DNA of 64,000 nucleotides from Candidatus Falkowbacteria bacterium RIFOXYA2_FULL_38_12. GTDB lineage: Bacteria; Patescibacteriota; Patescibacteriia; XYB2-FULL-38-15. This document shows, piece after piece, positions 8,705-18,236 of the stretch. Under the pieces are notes generated by a model, which was not told the origin of the DNA, ran no database searches, and worked only from the letters and a program-made list of their open reading frames with translations. Position numbers and translations under genes: made by a program. The stretch's first letter is position 1. Every line of letters starts with the position of its first letter. The stretch is from assembly GCA_001778095.1 (NCBI GenBank), contig MFGA01000020.1, positions 75,805-139,804 of the forward strand. Reading direction: 5' to 3'.

Positions 8705-10279
8705 GTGCGTCCAAAACCAGTAATACTTATTATCCTTGATGGGTGGGGAATAGCGCCACCCGGTCCGGGCAACGCGATCGCTTTAGCCAGGACTCCGAAT
8801 ATAAGTAAGCTAATAAATAATTATTCGGCAATGACCCTTAGAGCCTCCGGTGATGAGGTTGGCTTATCGTGGGGAGAAATGGGAAATTCCGAAGTTGGCC
8901 ATTTAAATCTAGGTGTTGGCAGAATCTTTTATCAGACCTTGCCCAGAATAAATAAAGCCATTGACGGCGAGTCTTTTTTTGAAAGCAGTGTTTTAAAAGA
9001 GGCAACAGAACATATTAAAAAAAACAATTCGAGCCTCCACTTGATGGGTCTTTTGAGTTCCGGACGGGTTCACTCAACTATTGATCATCTCTTTTCTCTG
9101 CTAAAGTTTGCCAGGGATAATAAAATAAAAAAAGTTTTTATTCATGTCTTTTTGGATGGCCGAGATACTATTTATAATAGCGGAGCAGATTTTATTAAAA
9201 AGCTGGAAGAAAAGATAAAAGAATATCGCGTAGGGAAAATTGCCACACTCTCCGGACGTTTTTACGCGATGGATCGAGATAATCGTTGGGACAGAACGGA
9301 AAAAGCCTATCGGGCAATTGTTGAGGGAGTTAGTGATGAATCTTGCGATAGCGCGGAAAAAGCGGTTCAGCTGTCTTATGGCAAAGAAGTCTATGATGAG
9401 GAGTTTATTCCGATCATCATTACGGAAAAGGGACAGCCGGTAGCCAAAATTGAAAAAAATGACGCGGTTATCTTTTTTAATTACAGAGCGGACAGAGCGC
9501 GACAAATAACCAAGGCTTTTGTCGCGGATAATTTTGATAAATTTCAAAGAGAAAAAATAGATAATCTATTTTTTGCGACAATGACCGAATATGAAAAAGA
9601 TTTGCCGGTGAAAATTATTTTTCCGCCGGAAGAAATAAAAGTTTCGTTGGCAAAAGTGATCTCGGAGGCGGGATTAAAACAATTGCACATTGCCGAAACC
9701 GAGAAATACGCCCATGTGACATTTTTTTTCAATGGCATGAAGGAAGAAGAGTTTCCCGGGGAAACGCGCATTATAGTTCCTTCCCCAAAAGTTTCTTCTT
9801 ATGAAGAAAAACCGTCTATGTCTGCCCAAGAAATTACAGAAAAATTAATAAAAGAAGTAATGAGTCAAAAATATGATTTTATAGTCGCCAATTTTGCCAA
9901 CGCTGATATGGTCGGGCACACCGGAAATATGGAGGCAACCAAAGAGGCTATAGAAATGGTAGATAAATGTGTTGGAAAAATAGTCGATGTCGCCTTATCC
10001 GTAAACGGCGCTGTGGCTATAACCGCCGATCATGGCAATGCCGAGGAGCTGATGAATTTAGAAACATCGGAAATGGATAAAGAGCATAGTAATAATCCGG
10101 TTCCTTTTATCTTGATTCGAAAAGATGAAAAGGGTTCGGTAGCAGGAGGCGCGGGAAATGAAAATATTGACTTGAGTATGGCTTCTCCGGCCGGAATTTT
10201 AGCCGACGTTGCTCCAACAATTTTAAAAATTATGGAAATACAGAAGCCGGACGAAATGACGGGAGCGGAATTAATATAA
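8705..10279 (+). CDS. gpmI: 2,3-bisphosphoglycerate-independent phosphoglycerate mutase, second paralog
   Basis: 524 aa. GTG start. VILIILDGWGIAPPGPGNAI plus conserved iPGM core. Tandem to the first copy. Confidence 0.85.
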   Translation: MRPKPVILIILDGWGIAPPGPGNAIALARTPNISKLINNYSAMTLRASGDEVGLSWGEMGNSEVGHLNLGVGRIFYQTLPRINKAIDGESFFESSVLKEATEHIKKNNSSLHLMGLLSSGRVHSTIDHLFSLLKFARDNKIKKVFIHVFLDGRDTIYNSGADFIKKLEEKIKEYRVGKIATLSGRFYAMDRDNRWDRTEKAYRAIVEGVSDESCDSAEKAVQLSYGKEVYDEEFIPIIITEKGQPVAKIEKNDAVIFFNYRADRARQITKAFVADNFDKFQREKIDNLFFATMTEYEKDLPVKIIFPPEEIKVSLAKVISEAGLKQLHIAETEKYAHVTFFFNGMKEEEFPGETRIIVPSPKVSSYEEKPSMSAQEITEKLIKEVMSQKYDFIVANFANADMVGHTGNMEATKEAIEMVDKCVGKIVDVALSVNGAVAITADHGNAEELMNLETSEMDKEHSNNPVPFILIRKDEKGSVAGGAGNENIDLSMASPAGILADVAPTILKIMEIQKPDEMTGAELI

Positions 10280-10425
10280 AAAATCCTAAATCCGAATTTC
10301 TAAATCCTAAACAATATCTAATGACTAAAATTCAAATGTTCAAAACAAAATTGTTTGAAATTTTGAAAATTAGTATTTTGAATTTGTTTAGAGTTTAGGA
10401 TTTTGGATTTCGAATTTAAAAATTT

Positions 10426-11244
10426 ATGCCCGAATTACCCGAGGTTGAAACCATAAAAAACCAATTGCTAGATCAGATTTTGAATAAAAAAATTATTGGC
10501 GTAGAAGTGATAAAACCGAGAATGATAAATGTTTCGGTTGCGGATTTTAAAAAAAAGATTGAAGGGGAAAAAATAAAAAATATTCGTCGGCGAGCAAAGA
10601 TGTTGCTAATGGATTTTTCAAATGATTACAGTTTGATTATTCATTTGAAAATGACGGGCCAGTTGATTTATGACGGAGGGACTGGACGAGGGACTCCGCA
10701 CATTATTTATACATTTGCCGATAAAAGCCAATTAAAGCATTATGACGCGAGACTTTTCGGCTATGCTAAACTTTTTAAAACCAGAGAGGCGGATGATTTT
10801 ATTAAAGAGAGCGACATTGGTCCGGAAATTTTAGAGAAAGAGTTTACTCTTCTAAAATTTGAAGAATTGTTAAAACAAAGAAAAAAAAGTAAAATTAAGC
10901 CATTACTCATGGATCAGAGTTTTATCGCCGGAGTGGGTAATATTTACGCGCAGGAGGCTTGTTTTTGCGCAAAAGTTTCCCCCCAAAGACGAGTTGAGGC
11001 GTTAGAAGAGTTTGAGATTAAAAAAATTTATGATTGTTTAAGAAAAATTTTAGTCTCGGCCGTTAAAGACGGAGGAACGTCGATGGATTCCTATGTTGAC
11101 GCAAAAGGAGAAAAGGGGAAATATATTTTTAAGCTCAAAGTTTATGGCAAAGGGGGAGAGGGGTGTAGTGAATGTGGAGAAAAGATTAAAACAATTAAAC
11201 TTGGCGGGCGGGGAACAAGTTTTTGCCCGAATTGCCAAAAATAA
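10426..11244 (+). CDS. mutM: formamidopyrimidine-DNA glycosylase
   Basis: MPELPEVE N-terminus with catalytic Pro2. C-terminal zinc finger CSECG...CPNCQ. Confidence 0.85.
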   Translation: MPELPEVETIKNQLLDQILNKKIIGVEVIKPRMINVSVADFKKKIEGEKIKNIRRRAKMLLMDFSNDYSLIIHLKMTGQLIYDGGTGRGTPHIIYTFADKSQLKHYDARLFGYAKLFKTREADDFIKESDIGPEILEKEFTLLKFEELLKQRKKSKIKPLLMDQSFIAGVGNIYAQEACFCAKVSPQRRVEALEEFEIKKIYDCLRKILVSAVKDGGTSMDSYVDAKGEKGKYIFKLKVYGKGGEGCSECGEKIKTIKLGGRGTSFCPNCQK

Positions 11245-11246
11245 AT

Positions 11247-11783
11247 ATGGATTTTTTTCTTTTTCAAGAAATAAATAATTTAGCCGGCCAATGGAAGATT
11301 TTGGATTATTTTGGAATTTTTTGCGCCGAATACCTTATTTTTTTGATGGCCACGGCAGTCATAATTTTATTTTTGACAAGAGGGGATAGCTCAGAAACAA
11401 AAAAAGAAAATATTTTAAAAGTATCTTTGTCGGTGGTGGGAAGTTATTTATTAAAAATCGTTATTCAATTATTTTATTTTAGACCAAGGCCGTTTGTTGA
11501 TCATGAAGTTGTAAAGCTCATTGATAAGAGTTCGAGTAGCGCCGCATTTCCATCCGGCCACACCATTGTCGCTTTTGCTTTAGCTTTTTCAATTTTCTAC
11601 TATAATAAAAAACTAGGCGCGTTATTTATTTTTTTAGCCACGTTGGTTAGTTTGGGGAGAATTTATACGGGCGTACACTATCCACTGGACGTGGTTTTTG
11701 GCATTATTGTCGCCTGGATCACAGTTTATGCGATAGGGAAAATGCCGTGGAAAAAATTAATCAATAGATTTATTCAAAAATAA
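11247..11783 (+). CDS. PAP2-family phosphatase (undecaprenyl-diphosphatase-like)
   Basis: PSGHT and SR.....H phosphatase motifs. Multiple TM segments. Start moved to the first ATG after the mutM stop. Confidence 0.6.
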   Translation: MDFFLFQEINNLAGQWKILDYFGIFCAEYLIFLMATAVIILFLTRGDSSETKKENILKVSLSVVGSYLLKIVIQLFYFRPRPFVDHEVVKLIDKSSSSAAFPSGHTIVAFALAFSIFYYNKKLGALFIFLATLVSLGRIYTGVHYPLDVVFGIIVAWITVYAIGKMPWKKLINRFIQK

Positions 11784-11784
11784 T

Positions 11785-12861
11785 ATGGAAATTTTAATTT
11801 TGGCCGGAGGAGGAGGAAAGAGACTTTGGCCGGTTTCTCGAAAGAAAAATCCCAAACAGGTACAACCTATTTTGGGCGACAAAACCTTACTGGAAGAAAC
11901 CTATAACCGTTTTGTAGGTAATTTTGATAAAAAAAATATTTACATTTCAACAAATAGTAATCAGGTTAATTTTATAAAAAAAGCGATAAAAAATTTTGAT
12001 AAGAAAAATTTAATCATTGAGCCAGAAAAAAAAGATACGGCCGCGGCGGTTGGACTGGCGGCAACAATAATTGCTAAAAAAAATCCAAAAGGGATTATTG
12101 CCACGGCCAATTCCGATGCCCATATAGAAAACAGCAAAGAGTACTTGAAAATTTTAAAATTGGGAGAGGAAACAGTCAAAAATAATCCACAAAAGACAGT
12201 TCTTATCGGCGTAAAGCCAAGATATCCGGAAACCGGTTATGGATATATAAAAGTGAAATTTCAAATGTCAAATGTCAAATTTCAAAAAGTATTGGAGGTG
12301 GAAAGATTTGTCGAAAAACCGGATCTAGAAACGGCTGAAAAATATATTGAATCCGGAGAATATTTGTGGAATCCGGCGATATTTATTTGGAGGGTTGATT
12401 ATCTACTAAGCCTTTATGCGAAGTATTTGCCGGAGATGTATTCCATATTGATGAAAATTCAAGAGTCTATTGGCAAGAAAAATGAAGCCAGAATTTTAAA
12501 GCAAGAATTTTCCAAAATAAAACCGATTTCCATTGACTATGGCATAATGGAAAAAGAAAAAGAAATGCTCGTTGTTCCCGGAGATTTCGGTTGGGCGGAT
12601 ATTGGACACTGGAGGGCGGTGGAAGAAGCCTTAAGCGATAAAAATAAAAAAAATGTTATAAAAGGTAATTGTGTAAGCCACGATAGCGACGGTAACCTAA
12701 TTTATAATTTTACCAAAAAAGTAGTTGGTATTTGCGGTCTCAAGGATATGATTGTTGTTGAAACCGATGACGCTCTTTTAGTTTGCCCCAAAGATAAAGC
12801 CCAGCTGGTTAAAAATCTTGTAGAGGAAATAGAAAAGAGCAAATACAAAAAATATATTTAA
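11785..12861 (+). CDS. mannose-1-phosphate guanylyltransferase-like sugar nucleotidyltransferase
   Basis: N-terminal ILAGGGGKRLWP nucleotidyltransferase signature plus C-terminal left-handed beta-helix-like region. Confidence 0.7.
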   Translation: MEILILAGGGGKRLWPVSRKKNPKQVQPILGDKTLLEETYNRFVGNFDKKNIYISTNSNQVNFIKKAIKNFDKKNLIIEPEKKDTAAAVGLAATIIAKKNPKGIIATANSDAHIENSKEYLKILKLGEETVKNNPQKTVLIGVKPRYPETGYGYIKVKFQMSNVKFQKVLEVERFVEKPDLETAEKYIESGEYLWNPAIFIWRVDYLLSLYAKYLPEMYSILMKIQESIGKKNEARILKQEFSKIKPISIDYGIMEKEKEMLVVPGDFGWADIGHWRAVEEALSDKNKKNVIKGNCVSHDSDGNLIYNFTKKVVGICGLKDMIVVETDDALLVCPKDKAQLVKNLVEEIEKSKYKKYI

Positions 12862-12873
12862 GCTAATATTTTT

Positions 12874-13902
12874 ATGAAAAAAATTTTGACAATACTGATA
12901 TTTTTTATTTTATTCAGCTCTTGGTTTTTTTTCGGTCGAGTGAGCGATAACGCGGAAAATAAGGAATTTACCATTAATCCGGGAGAAGGAGTCAATGAAA
13001 TAAGTGATGCTCTATTTAAAGATGGTTTCATTAAAAATAAATTTGTGTTTGAAACATATGTGTGGCTAAAAGATCTTGAGGGAAAGTTTCAAGCGGGCGG
13101 ACACAATATTCAGCCCAAAATGAATTTTTGGGAAATCGTGGAAACATTAACTTCGGGAATTGATGTCAAAGAAACGGAGATAAAAATAATTGAAGGATGG
13201 AGCAATGAAGAAATCGGCGCATATCTGGAAAAAGAAGGGGTTGTCAGTGAAAAAATATTTTTAGAAGAAGCTGAAAATTATAAAAATTTGACCGATTACG
13301 ATTTCTTGAAAGATCTTCCCGTGGGCGCCTCTCTTGAAGGTTATCTTTTTCCGGATACTTACCGCATCTACAAAAATATTCCCGGAGGAGATAATGAAGA
13401 AAACGAAGAAAACGAAGAACGGCTATTGGCTAAACATATTATTGACAAAATGCTAAATAATTTCAGGAGCAAGATTTCCGAAGAAGCGCAAGACGAGATA
13501 AAAAAACAAGGTAAAACTGTTTTTGAAATTTTAACAATGGCTTCGATTGTGGAAAAAGAAGTCGCGAATAAAGAGGATAGAAAAATAGTCGCCGATATCT
13601 TTTGGCGAAGATTAAAAATCGGCATGCCACTCCAATCGGACGCGACGATAAATTACATTACCAATAAAAACACCACTCGGCCGAGTTTGGACGATCTTGA
13701 GGTGGATTCAGTATATAATACTTATAAAAACGGCGGACTGCCCAAGGGACCGATCGGCAATCCCGGACTTGATGCCATTTTAGCTACGACTTACCCTCAA
13801 GGGAATGATTATTTATATTTTCTAACGACGGATGATGGAGTAGCTATCTATGGTAGAAATTTTGAAGAGCACAAGGCGAATAAAGCGAGATATTTGAATT
13901 AA
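12874..13902 (+). CDS. mltG: endolytic murein transglycosylase MltG (YceG family)
   Basis: N-terminal TM helix. Conserved YceG core (LQSDATINY, YNTY, GLP.GPI.NPG). Confidence 0.8.
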   Translation: MKKILTILIFFILFSSWFFFGRVSDNAENKEFTINPGEGVNEISDALFKDGFIKNKFVFETYVWLKDLEGKFQAGGHNIQPKMNFWEIVETLTSGIDVKETEIKIIEGWSNEEIGAYLEKEGVVSEKIFLEEAENYKNLTDYDFLKDLPVGASLEGYLFPDTYRIYKNIPGGDNEENEENEERLLAKHIIDKMLNNFRSKISEEAQDEIKKQGKTVFEILTMASIVEKEVANKEDRKIVADIFWRRLKIGMPLQSDATINYITNKNTTRPSLDDLEVDSVYNTYKNGGLPKGPIGNPGLDAILATTYPQGNDYLYFLTTDDGVAIYGRNFEEHKANKARYLN

Positions 13903-13915
13903 TAATATAAATTTT

Positions 13916-14569
13916 ATGAAACTTTGGAAAAAAATCGACTGGATTATTCTAATAATAATCCTTCTCATGATCGCTTCCGGATTTTTTATGGCGCAAAGAC
14001 TGCCGGACAAAGTCCCGACGCACTGGGATATTAACGGCGAAGTTGACGGATATGGATCAAGGTATATTAATTTATTTTTGCCAACGGGGTTAGCTTTAGT
14101 TGTTTATTTGTTGATGTCTTTTTTGCCGGCTATTGATCCTTTTAGAAAGAATTATGAACAGTTCGCCAAACCGTATTTGTATTTCAAGATTTTTTTAACG
14201 GGATTTTTTATTTGTCTATACTTTTTTCTTTTGTATGCCTCAACGCGCAGTGTCCCGCCGGAAGGAAGCTTGATGTTTGGTGTTCCTATTTCCATTCTAT
14301 TTCTTTTAATCGGTTGGGTCTTACCGCAGATAAAAAGGAATTTCTTTATCGGAATAAAGACCCCCTGGACACTATCATCCGATGAAGTTTGGGATAAAAC
14401 TCACAAAATCGGAGGGAAAATTTTTATAGCCTTTGGTGTCTTGAGTTTAGTTTCGGTTCTTTTCGGAAGTGTAGCAAATTTTATTGTTATTATTTTTGGA
14501 GCAATTTTATCCGCCGTTGTTACGGTGATTTACAGTTATTTAGTATTTAGAAAAAATAAACAGCATTAA
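13916..14569 (+). CDS. DUF1648/SdpI-family membrane protein
   Basis: PTHWDINGEVDGYGSRY matches the DUF1648 signature. Four or more TM helices as in SdpI immunity proteins. Confidence 0.55.
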   Translation: MKLWKKIDWIILIIILLMIASGFFMAQRLPDKVPTHWDINGEVDGYGSRYINLFLPTGLALVVYLLMSFLPAIDPFRKNYEQFAKPYLYFKIFLTGFFICLYFFLLYASTRSVPPEGSLMFGVPISILFLLIGWVLPQIKRNFFIGIKTPWTLSSDEVWDKTHKIGGKIFIAFGVLSLVSVLFGSVANFIVIIFGAILSAVVTVIYSYLVFRKNKQH

Positions 14570-14594
14570 TAATTAATTTTTAATAAAAAATACT

Positions 14595-14864
14595 ATGGCA
14601 GAAAAATTTAGCGCCGAAGAGGCAAAAAAAATCGGCGAGGAATTGGGAATTGATTGGAGTAAATTTAATGTGGAGCAATTCAGGCGGGGGATGGACGTGG
14701 AGCTTGAGCACGGTTCCCGTGATCCGCATACGAATGTTACAAATGATGATCCATTGACGACAGGCAAGATTGCCTTGGCTCACTTCAATGAATTTCTCGA
14801 TTACTACACAAGATTGGATAAAATGGAAAAAGAAGCTGATGAGTTTTGGGGTAAAGAAGAATAA
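14595..14864 (+). CDS. small conserved hypothetical protein
   Basis: 89-aa ORF with a plausible start, followed by a strong terminator. Confidence 0.4.
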   Translation: MAEKFSAEEAKKIGEELGIDWSKFNVEQFRRGMDVELEHGSRDPHTNVTNDDPLTTGKIALAHFNEFLDYYTRLDKMEKEADEFWGKEE

Positions 14865-14871
14865 AGCAATA

Positions 14872-14905
14872 AAAAAACTCCGGGCATTCGTCCGGAGTTT
14901 TTTTA
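14872..14905. terminator. bidirectional rho-independent terminator
   Basis: A-run, hairpin ACTCCGG-gcattcgt-CCGGAGT, then T-run. Sits between convergent genes. Confidence 0.75.
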
Positions 14906-16057
14906 GAGAATAATTTTTTCTTCTTTTTCGTTACTGTAGATGGGGCAGTCGTCATTTTTTCCGGAAAGACAGATTTTAAAATAATATTTTTCAATATCCC
15001 CGTTTGCCGGCCAAATATAGCTTCGGATAGAGGGCGATGGGAGATAAACAAATTCGCTTCCCGGGTAAGTTGGATTGGGGCTAGTAGATCTTAAGATTCT
15101 AAATCCATAAGGAGCCTTTCCTTGGAGCGCCCAATAGAGAGTAACCTCCGACCCCGGTTGATAAGAAGAATGAAGTGTTATTTTTTCTTCCAATTTAGCA
15201 ACTTCGCTTGGATTTTTTTCAATGCTATCCGGCAGTTCAATTATTTTTATCTCTGGAGGATTTAGCGGAGATGATTTTTCATCGCCATCCTCAAGCTGAT
15301 TCCAGAGGTAAAAATTATTTTTTTTTAGAATATCTCTCAAAAGAGGAGTCTTGAAAAGGGCTCTTTCTACCGGTTCATTCAAATTTATGATTAATTTTTC
15401 TTCCGCTCTTACTTCTTTTTCTATGCTTTCGTTTCCTTTTTGCAGGCGGACAAGGGCTAAATTTTTTGTTACCTCAACTGTGACCTCACGCTGTTCGTTT
15501 TCAAGTTTTCGATTGGCGACAAAAAATGTCGAATTACTTGCAACTATTTTTGTCTCGTCGGAAATTATTTCAAAAGAATTTCCATTTGTTTTATAGTAAG
15601 CTCTTCCGATAATCTGAATAACTTCGATTTTTTTATCGTTTAGTTTCTTTAAAATAATATGAGAGTTTTCATCTAGCCTGATTATACTTTTGTCAGTAAA
15701 TTCAATAATCGCCCTTGATTGTTTTCCGGTCCTAATTTGAGAATCTCCGCCGATAATTTTCCCCGGAAGAATATCAAGCCACGCGTTAGCTTTTCCGCTC
15801 CAAATTTCTACTTTTCCATCAGTAAAAGAAATTTTCGCGGAAAAATCGGTTGTTGGCGCGGGAGAGACATTTTCGTTTTGAGAGGCGGACTGTTCTTTTT
15901 CGCCGGAAGGATTATCCATAAAAATAGGCAAAAGAGCGATTATCAGAATAATAATCGCGGTAAAGATATTGCTTTTTGAAAAAAAACTTTTACCGATCAC
16001 GCTTTTTTTGATTTCGGTTAGGTTGTTCTCATTTTGTTGGTCTATGGGTTCGTCCAT
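14903..16057 (-). CDS. membrane-anchored hypothetical protein with FecR-like beta domain
   Basis: 384 aa. N-terminal TM helix. Central region resembles the FecR/DUF4974 fold. Confidence 0.4.
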   Translation of the reverse strand: MDEPIDQQNENNLTEIKKSVIGKSFFSKSNIFTAIIILIIALLPIFMDNPSGEKEQSASQNENVSPAPTTDFSAKISFTDGKVEIWSGKANAWLDILPGKIIGGDSQIRTGKQSRAIIEFTDKSIIRLDENSHIILKKLNDKKIEVIQIIGRAYYKTNGNSFEIISDETKIVASNSTFFVANRKLENEQREVTVEVTKNLALVRLQKGNESIEKEVRAEEKLIINLNEPVERALFKTPLLRDILKKNNFYLWNQLEDGDEKSSPLNPPEIKIIELPDSIEKNPSEVAKLEEKITLHSSYQPGSEVTLYWALQGKAPYGFRILRSTSPNPTYPGSEFVYLPSPSIRSYIWPANGDIEKYYFKICLSGKNDDCPIYSNEKEEKIIL

Positions 16058-16226
16058 ATTTTTAGCGTAGCGAGGGTTGTCAGCCCTTAAAATAAAGTTT
16101 ATTATGTGTTATACTCCGAAAAAGACAATGATTTCTTAATCCTTTTCTAACTAATTTAGTATAAATTGGCAAGTCGGTCAATTATTAGACTTGTCTTCTT
16201 TGCCAATATAATACACCCCAAAAAAT

Positions 16227-16436
16227 ATGTCTGACGTTGATCTAATTTGGGAAGAACTGATTTCACGTTTTGATTTTGGTCTTCCGGAAGATGAAACGGT
16301 TTTTAAAGAAGAAGCGGAGAGCGTTATAAATGAATTTGTGGAAAGTGGAAAAATTTCCGAAGAAGATGACATGGAAAATATGCTAGAGGCCTTGGAAGTA
16401 AAAAGAAAAGATAGTCTTATTGGGAGCGTTATTTAA
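16227..16436 (+). CDS. small acidic protein (candidate antitoxin)
   Basis: 69 aa, very acidic. Ends 4 nt before the next ORF. Confidence 0.3.
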   Translation: MSDVDLIWEELISRFDFGLPEDETVFKEEAESVINEFVESGKISEEDDMENMLEALEVKRKDSLIGSVI

Positions 16437-16439
16437 AAT

Positions 16440-16757
16440 ATGTCTTTTGATAAGAAAAATAGTTTTGGAAATTTTTTCTTGACGAAACACGCGATTTCTA
16501 AAATGAATTTTTACGGACTTTCGGAAAACAGATTGAAAAAGGTTTTTAGAAAACCGGACAGGCGACAAAAGGGTATAGCTTCGGGGACGATAGCTTTGAT
16601 GCAAAGAGTGGGAGGAAAAAGGCAGACAGAGATTTGGTTGATGTATGAAGAAGAAAAAGACGGTCAAAAGAAAATAATTACGGCTTGGCGATTTCCGGGA
16701 ATTAGCCCGGCGGGGGAGGAGATTCCGATACCAAAAGATATTTTAAGCGAGCTTTGA
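16440..16757 (+). CDS. DUF4258-like small basic protein (candidate toxin)
   Basis: 105 aa. LTKHAISKMNFYGLSENRLKKV resembles the DUF4258 signature (HA..R..ERGIS...V). Confidence 0.35.
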   Translation: MSFDKKNSFGNFFLTKHAISKMNFYGLSENRLKKVFRKPDRRQKGIASGTIALMQRVGGKRQTEIWLMYEEEKDGQKKIITAWRFPGISPAGEEIPIPKDILSEL

Positions 16758-16895
16758 TAAATATGAAAAAATATTCTTGCGCAAGATGTGGAAAGGGGAA
16801 AACGCATTATAGAACGCCGTCCAGATTTAGGTCTATGGCAAGAATCAAAACGGAAAGGATAAAAATCAGCAAATAAAAAACTGTAAAATATTTTT

Positions 16896-17579
16896 ATGCC
16901 AAAAAAACAAACGCTTGTTATTTCCCTCGGAGGTTCGGCTATCGTTCCCAATGAAGTTGATGCCGAATTTTTAAAGGAATTTAGCAAGCTTATTTTTAGT
17001 TTTATAAAAAAGGGCGGGCGAGCGGTAATTGTCGCCGGCGGGGGATATACCAACAAAAAATACAACATAGCCGTTCAAAGCATTGCAAAAGCGAGTGACG
17101 AAGATTTGGATTGGCTTGGCATTGCCGCGACAAGACTAAACGCGGAATTATTAAGAATAATTTTTGGCAAAGTCGCCTATCCGAAAGTAGTTATCAACCC
17201 AACAGAAAAAATAAAGACGTCAAAAAAAATTATCATCGGCGCCGGTTGGATGCCGGGATGTTCGTCCGATAATGACGCGGTTTTATGGGCGAAAAATTTA
17301 GGAGCGAAAACAGTTATAAATTTAACCAATGTTGATTATATTTATGATAAAGATCCGAAAGAATTTAAAGACGCTAAGCCTTTTAAAAATTTAAGTTGGA
17401 AAGAGTATAAAAAAATCGTCGGGGGAAAATGGATTCCCAGAATGCACGCGCCGTTTGATCCGGTTGCTTCGCGTATGGCGGAAAAATTAGGAATAAGAGT
17501 TATTATTATGAAAGCCGGTTTGGAAAATTTTAAGAATTTTTTGGATGGCAAAGAGATTGTCGGAAGCGTTTTGGGGTAA
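16896..17579 (+). CDS. pyrH: UMP kinase, archaeal-type (amino acid kinase family)
   Basis: LVISLGGSAIVP...VIVAGGG...GIAATRLNA pattern of archaeal-type uridylate kinases. 227 aa. Confidence 0.6.
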   Translation: MPKKQTLVISLGGSAIVPNEVDAEFLKEFSKLIFSFIKKGGRAVIVAGGGYTNKKYNIAVQSIAKASDEDLDWLGIAATRLNAELLRIIFGKVAYPKVVINPTEKIKTSKKIIIGAGWMPGCSSDNDAVLWAKNLGAKTVINLTNVDYIYDKDPKEFKDAKPFKNLSWKEYKKIVGGKWIPRMHAPFDPVASRMAEKLGIRVIIMKAGLENFKNFLDGKEIVGSVLG

Positions 17580-17597
17580 ATAATACATAAATAAGAT

Positions 17598-18227
17598 ATG
17601 ACAATTTGGGATGATATTTATAAAAATTATCAAAAAGGCGGTGAAGCATGGGCGACTCTTTCAGAAGAAATTCATCCATTGTTTAAAGAGTTTTTAAACG
17701 AATCAAATTTTAAGATTAAATATGTATTGGATATAGGTTGTGGCACAGGGAAGTATCTGAAATTTTTACAAGATGGTGGATTTAAAACTGACGGGATAGA
17801 TTCTAGTGAAACTTCGGTAGAAATGACTAAGGGAACATTGGAAGACGATTCCCTGATCGTCTGTGCAAATATGTTTGAATTCCAGATACCAAAAGAGAAA
17901 TATGATTTAATCATCTCTGTTTCCACAATCCATCATGGAACCAAAGAACAAATACAGAATTTAATAAATAGAATATACGACACAATTGTTAAAAATGGAA
18001 AAATATTTATTACCGTGCCAGACATGGAAAGCAGCAAAAAGTGGAATACCTTTAAAAATCATGAAAAAATAACCGAAGGTACCTTTACGCCACTCGCCGG
18101 TCCAGAAAAAGGATTGCCTCATAGTTTTTATACAAAAGAAGAAGTTGAGAAGTTGTTTTCTAGATTTAGAAATGCAAAAGTAAAGTTAGACGATCTTGGG
18201 AGGTGGGTTATTGGGGCATCTAAATAA
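17598..18227 (+). CDS. class I SAM-dependent methyltransferase
   Basis: Motif I VLDIGCGTGKY. Confidence 0.7.
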   Translation: MTIWDDIYKNYQKGGEAWATLSEEIHPLFKEFLNESNFKIKYVLDIGCGTGKYLKFLQDGGFKTDGIDSSETSVEMTKGTLEDDSLIVCANMFEFQIPKEKYDLIISVSTIHHGTKEQIQNLINRIYDTIVKNGKIFITVPDMESSKKWNTFKNHEKITEGTFTPLAGPEKGLPHSFYTKEEVEKLFSRFRNAKVKLDDLGRWVIGASK

Positions 18228-18236
18228 TTTTTAGAT

